NCBI GenBank assembly: GCA_003170415.1
Contig: PMZJ01000041.1
Coordinates: forward strand, 22,520-86,519
Length of the DNA: 64,000 bases
Direction: 5' to 3'
Source of the DNA: Phycisphaerales bacterium
GTDB taxonomy: Bacteria; Planctomycetota; Phycisphaerae; Sedimentisphaerales; Anaerobacaceae
Shown here: in pieces, positions 29,101 through 36,724 of the stretch
Position numbering within the stretch: the stretch's first letter is position 1
Layout: every line of letters begins with the position of its first letter
Position numbers and translations under genes: made by a program
The notes under the pieces: model-generated
The model's database searches: none
Seen by the model: only the letters and a program-made list of their open reading frames with translations
Told to the model about the DNA's origin: nothing

Positions 29101-29367
29101 ATTCCCCTGCTCGGGGATATTCCATTAGTGGGAGGATTGTTTAGAAGCACCTCGAATAGCACCGATGATTCAAAATTGTATGTATTTGTAAAGGCCAACA
29201 TACTCAGGCCTGAAGAAACGCTATCGGGACTGCCGGAGCTTGAGCGAATCTCAGAAAAGAGCCGTGCGGCTTTTGAGAAAAACGAAGAGCGGTTCCAAAA
29301 CCACCAGGACTGGCCGGGGATAAAGCCCCATCCGGTGGACCCGGTGAAGGTGCTTGATGCCGAATAG
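26152..29367 (+). CDS. gspD: type II secretion system secretin
   Basis: C-terminal secretin domain GKTIILGGML...IPLLGDIPLVGGLFRS...LYVFVKANIL. N-domain repeats are separated by K/E/P/T-rich low-complexity linkers. Confidence 0.88.
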   Translation: MMRDMERAMALKLRPACRVVKFAFFALLMLGSFASCQLGLAADLVSPNETASSVPDRYRAFLLKYISPQKAKQFLADVNITNASQLNDSNTLLVTASPDALLKAAALLTLADSREKYAVKVLLPASEANQMPSAEAMAAEIGRISIGTFYNLPGGTGYKAIVDIHEDKLVAIAPVAVMDKFVEYADVVKRASPLPDLEDGLASVPVVESSPADPDKAFGELLDSISKAESNLKSTDTAKQQTKQPKAEGVAVKPKKQAAKDEKKITGKDKKAVVPDLETEASTEPNEEKVRNPYEPEYAANADETLDLALPEKLDVISLLELVGKYLNLNYVYDESKIKNMAVNLKVQGPIKVRDLYPLVESVLRFTGLAMTRKGNLVTVVPIADTLDIDPALIESDSGQVRAGDVIVTRIFQLNYIDTASAKALLEGMKIGAVTEIAARGTLIVTGYAYRMNRVEQLLEVIDKPGIPKQFRFRQLKYTMASTLAPKIKTLVEQLGDMSIAISSTPTAATSQPPRRVPVRQPMPVQPTPAAGSSKPSIYLDADERTNRILMIGQEEELTVVENLIDALDIAQQDLRSLRVYEMQHVDAEDVRKKLEELGIIGASRTGTTTSGRITSRTATPAAPGQPAASPTPAAMTAPGSEGELPTEEPQVVVIEATNSLMVNASPEQHALIATIISYVDSESEQKAIPYKVYPLQNQSPDHIAEVLKKLIEDVVKDKDSKIEKVVKKTEENIIIVPDPNTFSLIVYANKKNQDWIADLIKTLDRRRPQVLIDVTLVEVTNKDNFDLDLQLASKFPEMVPGTTMVSGVVTPITPSFLGGTVSEAASNPVLGTIAGGQGFYSDKHIQALLTAMETKSYGRVLAKPKILVNDGQVGVIKTADTKNVSITGGSTVSNGTVVAGSTSYQPYNDGITLTIQPNISEGDLLLLIINLDRTDFVNATANQVTPPDTTSSNINTTVTVPDGKTIILGGMLKLGQSKNGNKIPLLGDIPLVGGLFRSTSNSTDDSKLYVFVKANILRPEETLSGLPELERISEKSRAAFEKNEERFQNHQDWPGIKPHPVDPVKVLDAE

Positions 29368-29402
29368 CTTAAAACGATTGATAATCGATTATTGATAGTT
29401 TA

Positions 29403-29445
29403 GCAGCGGCCGGAACGGCCGCTGCCGTCGCCGTTCCGGCGACGG
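29403..29445 (+). other. back-to-back GC-rich palindromes between gspD and gspE
   Basis: GCAGCGGCCG-gaa-CGGCCGCTGC at 29403-29425 and CCGTCGCCG-ttc-CGGCGACGG at 29425-29445. An alternative pairing is GCCGGAACGGC 29409-29419 with GCCGTTCCGGC 29430-29440. No T-run follows. Confidence 0.6.
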
Positions 29446-29478
29446 CTAAACAAATCAATCATCAATAATAAATAAAAA

Positions 29479-31179
29479 ATGAAAGAACTTTTAATACAAA
29501 CTGCGAAGCAGACCGGCATTGTCGATGCCGAGGTGCTGGCCAAGTTTTTGGAGGAGAACTCTGCGGGCCAACGCATCGATGAGGTGCTGCTTGCCTGCCC
29601 CAATTTTACCGAGGAGCAGGTGCTGCGTCTGTTCGCCTCGGCTATGGGGAGTGAATTTTTCTCCGAGATACCTGCCAAGCAGGTGCCCCCGGAATTCATC
29701 CAGACCGTCCCCGCGACTTATGCCCAGCATCATTCATTGATAGGAATAAAGACAGAAGCGAACAACGGCGAACTGACCGTTGTGCTTTCCAAGCCATTAG
29801 ATATTGCCGCGCTCGATAATGTATCGAAGATGACGGGTATGTCGGTTCGAGCGGGAGTTGCCACGCGTGCCGCCATAACTTCGATTATTGACGTCGCCTA
29901 CGAGCAGCGGACGACCGTAATAGATGAGGTGGTGGAGGAGCTGGATTCGCAAAACATCGACCAGATTGCCGATGAGGTCGCCGGCTCCGATGACCTGCTC
30001 GACGTGGTCAATCGTCCGCCCGTCATCCGGTTAGTCAACGACATCCTTTTTCGCGCCCTGCAGTTGAGAGCCAGCGATATTCACGTCCATCCATACGAAG
30101 CCAAAATACAGATTCGTACCCGAATCGACGGCATTCTTTATGACACTTTAAGTTTGAACAGGAACGTATTGCCGTTGATTGTCTCGCGTATCAAGGTTAT
30201 GGCGGGTATGGACATCGCCGAGCGCCGAATGCCGCAGGACGGCCGATGCAGCGTCCGGCTCGGCCAGCGGGAAATAGACCTTCGCGTCAGCACTGTCCCA
30301 ACAAGTTTCGGCGAACGCTGCGTCCTGCGTCTTTTGGACAAAAGCTCAGGCATTCTCACGCTCGACCAGCTCGGATTATGGGAGGACGACCGCAAAAGAT
30401 TCGATACGCTGCTGGAGCGCACCCACGGGATTATTTTCGTTACAGGCCCGACAGGCAGCGGCAAGAGCACCACCCTGTACGCCTGCCTTAACCGCATCAA
30501 TTCCGCGGAAAAAAACGTGATGACCGTAGAAGACCCAATTGAATACCAGCTCGAAGGTATCAGCCAGATGCAGGTCGCCTCCAAAAAGGGCGTTACCTTC
30601 GTAAACGCGCTGCGGCACGTTTTGCGACAGGACCCCGACGTGATAATGGTCGGCGAGGTTCGTGACGCGGAAACCGCACGAATGGCGATACAGTCCTCTC
30701 TTACCGGCCACCTCGTATTCAGCACCCTGCACACAAACGATTCGGCGGGAGCCATAAGCAGGTTGCTTGACCTGGGAGTGGAGCCATATTTGGTCAGCTC
30801 CTCACTAATTGCCATAATGGCACAACGGCTGCTGCGAAGGGTCTGCCCGGATTGCAAAAAAGAATATAAGCCCTCGACTCGCGAGCTTAGAGAGCTGGGG
30901 CTTGGAGATTTGCCTTCGCAGGCCCAGTTCTACATCGGCGCGGGCTGCGACAAGTGTTTCCAGACCGGATATCGCGGAAGGACAGGTATTTATGAGCTGA
31001 TGCTGATTAGCGAGGAAATTCAAAACCTGATATATCAAAGGACCAGCGCGGGTGCGATAAAGAAGGTCTCGCTTGACGCGGGCTTGCAAACCCTCAGAAT
31101 GGACGGCACTCGAAAGGTTCTCGCGGGAATAACCACTATTTCCGAGGTGCTTAGAGTTACACAGGCCGATGTGATATAG
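29479..31179 (+). CDS. gspE: type II secretion ATPase
   Basis: Walker A GPTGSGKSTTL, Asp/His boxes, and tetracysteine CPDC...CDKC. Confidence 0.93.
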   Translation: MKELLIQTAKQTGIVDAEVLAKFLEENSAGQRIDEVLLACPNFTEEQVLRLFASAMGSEFFSEIPAKQVPPEFIQTVPATYAQHHSLIGIKTEANNGELTVVLSKPLDIAALDNVSKMTGMSVRAGVATRAAITSIIDVAYEQRTTVIDEVVEELDSQNIDQIADEVAGSDDLLDVVNRPPVIRLVNDILFRALQLRASDIHVHPYEAKIQIRTRIDGILYDTLSLNRNVLPLIVSRIKVMAGMDIAERRMPQDGRCSVRLGQREIDLRVSTVPTSFGERCVLRLLDKSSGILTLDQLGLWEDDRKRFDTLLERTHGIIFVTGPTGSGKSTTLYACLNRINSAEKNVMTVEDPIEYQLEGISQMQVASKKGVTFVNALRHVLRQDPDVIMVGEVRDAETARMAIQSSLTGHLVFSTLHTNDSAGAISRLLDLGVEPYLVSSSLIAIMAQRLLRRVCPDCKKEYKPSTRELRELGLGDLPSQAQFYIGAGCDKCFQTGYRGRTGIYELMLISEEIQNLIYQRTSAGAIKKVSLDAGLQTLRMDGTRKVLAGITTISEVLRVTQADVI

Positions 31180-31191
31180 GAATTTTAGGTT

Positions 31192-32409
31192 ATGCCAAGA
31201 TACACCTATATAGCGATAGCAGCCGACGGCAAAAAGGCCAAAGGTACTATAACCGCCGAAAGCCCATACGCCGCCCGCAAGCAGTTGCGCATTCGCAACA
31301 TTCACCCGACCTCCATAAACGAGCTTGGAGCCGCCGAAGAGGGCAAATCCGCCATTGCCTCGGTTTTTACCAGGACCGGCAAAAAACAGATAATCGACTT
31401 CACCAAGCAGATGGCCACGCTGCTCAACTCAGGTATAAAACTTACCGAATCCCTGACGGTGCTGACAATGCAGGCGCCGGATACGAAATTCAAAAACGCC
31501 CTTACTGACATCCGCGACCGTGTGATTACAGGCGAATCGCTGACCGACGCTATGAAGGACTATGACGATTATTTCGACATAATCTACGTCAGTATGGTTC
31601 ACGTCGGCGAGGTTACCGGCTCGCTCGGAGCCGTTTTCGGCACTATCGGCAATTTTATGGGCAAGCGTCAAAAGGTCGAATCTAAAATCATTACGGCTAT
31701 GGTTTATCCGGCGATTCTTATGATTTTCGCCGTCGTTGTAATCCTTATTCTCACCACATTCGTAATACCCAAAATCGGCGCCCAGCTTGTCGCCGCAAAA
31801 CAGGAATTGCCCTGGATTACAAAGCAGTTGATGAATGTAAGCTATATTATGACAAGCTGGTGGGTGTTGCTTGTCATCGCGGCTATAATCGGGATGGTCT
31901 GGGGGTTAAGGCGGTTCTTCAAAACGAAGCGAGGAGCTTTTATGCGGGACAAGTTCCTGCTTTCGCTGCCTTTGTTTGGCCCGCTTATCAAACAGCGTGT
32001 GGTCTCGCGTTTTGCCTCTACGCTTTCGACGCTGCTGGGGTCAGGCCTGAGTATGGCTGAGTCATTCCGCGTCGTCGGCGAGGTTACGGGAAATACCCTG
32101 ATGAAACGCGCTATCGAGCAGGCCAGAGAGAGAATCCTCGCCGGCGCAGACGTCGCCACGCCGTTGCGCGACAGCGGCGTCATTGACCCGTCGATAGCCC
32201 ATATGGTTACCGTCGGCGAGAAAAGCGGCGAGCTCGAAAATATGCTAAAAAACATCAGCGACGGTCTTGAAGAAAACACCGACATCGTCATAGAGCGGCT
32301 CAGTGCCGCGGTCGAGCCGGTCGTCATCGTTTTTATTGCGGTAATTGTCGGCATCATTGCTCTGGCCATAATGCTGCCGATTTTGAAGATTTCACAAATG
32401 GCTATGTAG
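31192..32409 (+). CDS. gspF: type II secretion inner-membrane platform protein
   Basis: 405 aa with two GspF-type repeats and three TM segments. Positioned after gspE. Confidence 0.92.
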   Translation: MPRYTYIAIAADGKKAKGTITAESPYAARKQLRIRNIHPTSINELGAAEEGKSAIASVFTRTGKKQIIDFTKQMATLLNSGIKLTESLTVLTMQAPDTKFKNALTDIRDRVITGESLTDAMKDYDDYFDIIYVSMVHVGEVTGSLGAVFGTIGNFMGKRQKVESKIITAMVYPAILMIFAVVVILILTTFVIPKIGAQLVAAKQELPWITKQLMNVSYIMTSWWVLLVIAAIIGMVWGLRRFFKTKRGAFMRDKFLLSLPLFGPLIKQRVVSRFASTLSTLLGSGLSMAESFRVVGEVTGNTLMKRAIEQARERILAGADVATPLRDSGVIDPSIAHMVTVGEKSGELENMLKNISDGLEENTDIVIERLSAAVEPVVIVFIAVIVGIIALAIMLPILKISQMAM

Positions 32410-32437
32410 CCCCGGATAGCCGGAACTGGAGTTGATT

Positions 32438-32899
32438 ATGAAAAAACTACGAACTACAAACTACGAACTACGAAACGAAAAACGCCGGGCATTCACAATG
32501 ATAGAAATTATGGCGGTCATTGTGATTATCGGCATTCTCGCCGGCATCGTAGCTGTCAGCGTCGTGGGTAAAATCGACAAGGCCCGGGTTATCTCCACCA
32601 AGGCCAGTTTGAAAATGCTCCACAGCGCAGTCATTCAGTTCAAGCTCGACACGGGCCGATACCCAACCGAAGAGGCCGGCCTGCAGGAACTTATCGAACA
32701 ACCCACCGATGTAACCGGCTGGAATACGGGAGGATACCTCGAATCAACAACTTTGCCGAAAGACGCCTGGGGAAACGATTTTGTATATCAACTGCTCCCT
32801 GAAAGCGGCAAACCGTTCGTTATTATCAGCTATGGAGCAAACGGCGAAGAAGGCGGCGAGGGTTATGACGCAGACCTTTACAGCACGGACGCCCAGTAA
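32438..32899 (+). CDS. gspG: major pseudopilin
   Basis: RRAFTMIEIMAVIVIIGILAGIV prepilin N-terminus, plus LPKDAWGNDFVY and ISYGANGEEGG typical of GspG. ATG at 32438 (TTG at 32432). Confidence 0.88.
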   Translation: MKKLRTTNYELRNEKRRAFTMIEIMAVIVIIGILAGIVAVSVVGKIDKARVISTKASLKMLHSAVIQFKLDTGRYPTEEAGLQELIEQPTDVTGWNTGGYLESTTLPKDAWGNDFVYQLLPESGKPFVIISYGANGEEGGEGYDADLYSTDAQ

Positions 32900-32916
32900 C
32901 AGAGGACGGAAAACAG

Positions 32917-33552
32917 ATGACAGATGACAGAAGGCAGAGAATCCCGCTTCGCCCAAAGGGCTATGTAAGGCAGGCAGAAGGCAGAAAACGGTTGGCCGTT
33001 CTCCGTCCTCAGTCCTCCGTCTTCCGTCTTCGGGCTTTTACGCTGGCGGAGTCGATGGTAGTAGTCGTTATCATCTCGCTGCTGATACTGATAGCCGCCA
33101 CAAACCTCAAAGGCGTCATTACCAAAAACTCCTTCAAAGCCAAAAGTCAGGGGCTTGTCGCCGCTCTTGAAGCTGCCTCGACCAGCGCCAGCCAGAGCGA
33201 CAAAAGATACGAAGTCATCATAGATATCCCGCAGCAAAGCTATCTCCTCCGCGAAATTTCATCTTCCAATCTTGCCGATGTTCTTGATGAAGAAATCATT
33301 GCCGAGGAGGATTTCGGCACCAACTGCACGGTTTCATACGTTATGTTCGACGACGGCCAGTTCACAAACGAAGACAAGGCCAAGTTTCGCGCGAGCCGGG
33401 CGGGATGGCAGTTTGGCGGCATAATTGTGTTGCTCGACTCGGAAGGGCAGCCCTGGTCCATCATCGTTGACCGACTAAGCAACATTGTTCGTGTGCAGCC
33501 CGGCGAAGCGCAAATCGTCTGGCCGAGGAGCAAAGATGAATTGCCCTTCTGA
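32917..33552 (+). CDS. minor pseudopilin (GspH-like position)
   Basis: LRAFTLAESMVVVVIISLLILIA prepilin-type N-terminus, preceded by a ~40-aa basic leader built from simple repeats. Confidence 0.65.
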   Translation: MTDDRRQRIPLRPKGYVRQAEGRKRLAVLRPQSSVFRLRAFTLAESMVVVVIISLLILIAATNLKGVITKNSFKAKSQGLVAALEAASTSASQSDKRYEVIIDIPQQSYLLREISSSNLADVLDEEIIAEEDFGTNCTVSYVMFDDGQFTNEDKAKFRASRAGWQFGGIIVLLDSEGQPWSIIVDRLSNIVRVQPGEAQIVWPRSKDELPF

Positions 33553-34429
33553 AGACAGAAAACGGAGGACAGAAGACAGAAGACAGGGGACGAGCATCTG
33601 TCATCCGTCATCTGTCATCCGTCATCGGGCTTTTACGCTGGTTGAAAGTATGGCCTCCGTCGCGCTGCTTGCCTTCATCGGCGTAAGCGTCTGGTTAGTG
33701 CTGGAACGCTGCACGGCCTCCGCGGCGGACTCGATTCAACGTATGCGTGCCTTTGAGATCGCCCGCGAAAATATGGAAAAGCTCCTTGGTTCCGACTCTG
33801 TACAGGAAGGAACCGAATACGGCATAAGCGAAAAATTTCAGGACATCCGCTGGCAGACCGCCGTCGAGGGCTTCTACGAACCGGTTACATCGCATATGTG
33901 GGCTCGCGCGGTCTGCTCCGCCGAATATACCGACTCGGGGGGCGAAACCAAAAATGTCGAGCTTACCCACTGGCTCACCCGACTGACCGACGCACAGTCG
34001 GCGCAGTTGACGGCAAGGTCGGCGATGCAGAAACAATTACTTGTAAAGTATATTGTCGAGACCGAGGAGCTGGCCGCCGAATACGCCGGTGTTGATGCCA
34101 AAACCATCCAGCAGTGGGTCAAAAACGGTATGCCAATGACGGAATCAGGCGAATATCTTGAGCCCTGGCTGGACTTGTACCTGCAAACCGACGGCAACCC
34201 GACGGAACAGGACAGGCAGGACACATTGGCTGAGTATCCTGAACTGTCGATTACCAGGCCGAAGAAAGCAACCCAGGACGGACTAACAACGCCTGGGTCG
34301 CAGTCGCCTGCGACACCGGAATCACAGGTGCAACCGGGTTCCAACTCATCGAACCCCGAAACAGCGACCCCGGAAGAGCTCGACCCGGAGCTGCAGAAAA
34401 AAATAGATGAATTGATGAAGAAACAGTAG
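33536..34429 (+). CDS. minor pseudopilin (GspI-like position) with long C-terminal extension
   Basis: HRAFTLVESMASVALLAFIGV N-terminus. ATG at 33536 overlaps the preceding gene. About 170 extra C-terminal residues. Confidence 0.55.
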   Translation: MNCPSEDRKRRTEDRRQGTSICHPSSVIRHRAFTLVESMASVALLAFIGVSVWLVLERCTASAADSIQRMRAFEIARENMEKLLGSDSVQEGTEYGISEKFQDIRWQTAVEGFYEPVTSHMWARAVCSAEYTDSGGETKNVELTHWLTRLTDAQSAQLTARSAMQKQLLVKYIVETEELAAEYAGVDAKTIQQWVKNGMPMTESGEYLEPWLDLYLQTDGNPTEQDRQDTLAEYPELSITRPKKATQDGLTTPGSQSPATPESQVQPGSNSSNPETATPEELDPELQKKIDELMKKQ

Positions 34430-34448
34430 CCGGCAATTTGTCGTCGAT

Positions 34449-35264
34449 ATGCAACCAATAAAAAACAAAATATATTCTTTTGAACGGGCCTTCACGCTTG
34501 TCGAGGTGCTTGCCGCCCTGACCGTCGGCACGATGGTTCTAATTGTAGTCATGGCTCTCTACAACAGGGGGCAGAGCGGGTCAGCCGCTGTCATTGACAG
34601 GATAGAAAGCGACCGTTTGCCTCGCGAAGTATTTCAGCGAATCGCTGAAGACCTTGACCGGGTTGTCGGCGCAGGGCAGGGGACTCAAATTGATATCTTA
34701 AACAAGTTTCAGGATGGGTTTTCCGCCGCGAAGATTGAAATAGTCCGGAACATTACCGATGCCAAGGACCAATCGCAAATATTTGAAAAAATCATCTGGC
34801 AAAGCAGCATTGACCCCGACAGCGGATTACTCACCTTGTACCGCAGCCATTCCGGAATTGCGCTCGAAGACACACTGCTCGACTCGCAGAAAGAGGCCTG
34901 GCAGCAAGAGGTTTTTGTGCCGATTTGCACGGGCCTTACCTTGTTCAGAATCGAGGTCCCGCAAGGGGAAACTTCCATCGACCAGTGGACGGGCGAAGCT
35001 CTTCCGCCAGCAGTTAAAGTGACATTGTCGTTCGCCCAGCCGTATAAGACGGTAACCGGCACATTTGATGTCCCGGAGCAGGACAAGCTGGTTCGCACCA
35101 TCGCTATCGACAGAACCCGCAAGCTGGCGTTTAATATACCGGCGCTTGACGCCAACCAGTCGGCCGATGCCAACGGGAAGTCCGATGCCAATCAGCCGAC
35201 AGATGCTAATCAGCCGGTCGATGTTGAGGAATCGGGTAGTCCTATGCCATTTTTACGAAGATAA
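34449..35264 (+). CDS. minor pseudopilin (GspJ-like position)
   Basis: ERAFTLVEVLAALTVGTMVLIVV prepilin-type N-terminus. 271 aa with an ADANxxxDANQ low-complexity tail. Confidence 0.6.
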   Translation: MQPIKNKIYSFERAFTLVEVLAALTVGTMVLIVVMALYNRGQSGSAAVIDRIESDRLPREVFQRIAEDLDRVVGAGQGTQIDILNKFQDGFSAAKIEIVRNITDAKDQSQIFEKIIWQSSIDPDSGLLTLYRSHSGIALEDTLLDSQKEAWQQEVFVPICTGLTLFRIEVPQGETSIDQWTGEALPPAVKVTLSFAQPYKTVTGTFDVPEQDKLVRTIAIDRTRKLAFNIPALDANQSADANGKSDANQPTDANQPVDVEESGSPMPFLRR

Positions 35265-35284
35265 AATAATACAGGAGCAGCCCT

Positions 35285-36652
35285 TTGAGTAGTAACCTGT
35301 TTAGTTGTCAGAATAATCCGCCGGCCGCAGAAGCCGAGCCGTCGGCTCGTACGGCTCGACTGAACTCGTCGAAGTCCAGCGGCATCGTGCTTCTGGTAAC
35401 AATGGTTGTGCTGCTGATCCTGGTGACTCTTGGATACACCCTGGCCAGCCGCGTTTCGGCTCAGCGCCACAGGGACAATTATATCATTGATTATGCCAAT
35501 GCCTGTTATGCCCGCGATTCGGCGATTAAATACGCACTGGCCTCGCTGGAGGACATGAACGGCATTGAGTTTGTTTCCCGTCCCAATGAGCCGGATTTTT
35601 CCGACCTTTTCCATCTCAGTGAACCGGATTACCGTCAACTGCTTGAACAATGGGCAGCAGAGCTTGCGAAAAATCAGCCAGAGCCGCTCGATAATAACTC
35701 CGGCGAACAGCCGGAATCTCCGAATTCGGCAGGAGTTGACGAAAATGGAACTATCCAGGAAGCTAACGACTCGAACGGGAACCTTGCCGCCGACTCGAAT
35801 GCCATTGACAAGTTAAAGATACGCGGGCCTTATGGGCCGGCCTGGCCTTTCATAACCGAGCCGGTCGAATTTGAAATCGGCTCTACAACCGTGAAAATAG
35901 AAATCGAAGATGAAAATGCAAAATACCCGGTGGGCTGGGCCATCCTCGATGATGAAAAAGTCCAGCGTGAGGCCCAGGCGGGCCTCGAGACATTCTGCGA
36001 ATGGATGGGATTTAATTCTGACCAGATAGAATCCGTCAAGGGACAGCTAAAACAAATCGGCGCAATAAAGCCCTTCAAGGTCGAATTCAAACCCGTTGTG
36101 CAGAGAAGTCCTGTTACAACCCAGGTCCCCAACTCAGCCAGGCGGGGTGCGAGGACCCAGAGAGTCGTTTATAGGACAACAACCGTTTCGCAGGCAGAAC
36201 TTATGGTCAAACAAACCAAGGATTTTTCAAAACTTTTCCACAGTTCCCTCCTCGACACGCAAATGCTCGCTGCACCCACAATTATAAGCGAAGACAGAAA
36301 AGAATCGGCGCTCAAGTATATGGGTTTGTGGGGGACGACTCAGGTCAATATCAACTCGGCGCCAAGAAACGTGCTTGAAGCCGCCTTTACTTTCGGGGGC
36401 GACGCCGACAAGATAGCAGATGAAATCATAAAAGAAAGGCGCGAAAAGACGTTCGCCAGTATCGATGAACTGAAAAAAGAGTTGTTTAGTTTTTCCGATT
36501 CTATCGAAAAAAGCAGACCTTACATCACCACGACCAGCAGCGTGTTTTCGATACACGTTACCGCCTCAAGCGGTGTGGCAAAGGCCTCGGCTATCATCGT
36601 TGTGCTGAAAAATGGCGGCAAAATCGAACGAGTCGCCATTATGTGCGGATAA
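35285..36652 (+). CDS. gspK: GspK-like pseudopilin
   Basis: Hydrophobic N-terminus SGIVLLVTMVVLLILV. C-terminal VNINSAPRNVLEAAF...ADEIIKERREKTFASIDELK helix-hairpin-helix-like segment typical of GspK. TTG start. Confidence 0.7.
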   Translation: MSSNLFSCQNNPPAAEAEPSARTARLNSSKSSGIVLLVTMVVLLILVTLGYTLASRVSAQRHRDNYIIDYANACYARDSAIKYALASLEDMNGIEFVSRPNEPDFSDLFHLSEPDYRQLLEQWAAELAKNQPEPLDNNSGEQPESPNSAGVDENGTIQEANDSNGNLAADSNAIDKLKIRGPYGPAWPFITEPVEFEIGSTTVKIEIEDENAKYPVGWAILDDEKVQREAQAGLETFCEWMGFNSDQIESVKGQLKQIGAIKPFKVEFKPVVQRSPVTTQVPNSARRGARTQRVVYRTTTVSQAELMVKQTKDFSKLFHSSLLDTQMLAAPTIISEDRKESALKYMGLWGTTQVNINSAPRNVLEAAFTFGGDADKIADEIIKERREKTFASIDELKKELFSFSDSIEKSRPYITTTSSVFSIHVTASSGVAKASAIIVVLKNGGKIERVAIMCG

Positions 36653-36724
36653 CTGTTGCCGACTTAAAGGAGATGATTGGAAAATGGATTTGCCGCCAAA
36701 CATCAGGAATAGTCGATTAGGAGC

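Noticed and set aside
30138-30857. 239-aa minus-strand ORF inside gspE. Similar long antisense ORFs occur at 60205-61053, 37981-38823, 13240-13890, 14967-15590, 26598-27140, 33874-34458 and 36703-37206.
   Set aside because: All lie fully inside strongly supported genes on the opposite strand. They have Arg/Ser/Pro-rich composition typical of antisense frames in GC-rich coding DNA, and no motifs.
34061-34150. The Nu1-like HTH motif as evidence of a prophage
   Set aside because: No other phage genes (large terminase, portal, capsid, integrase) are nearby. The motif is embedded in a continuous pseudopilin ORF.
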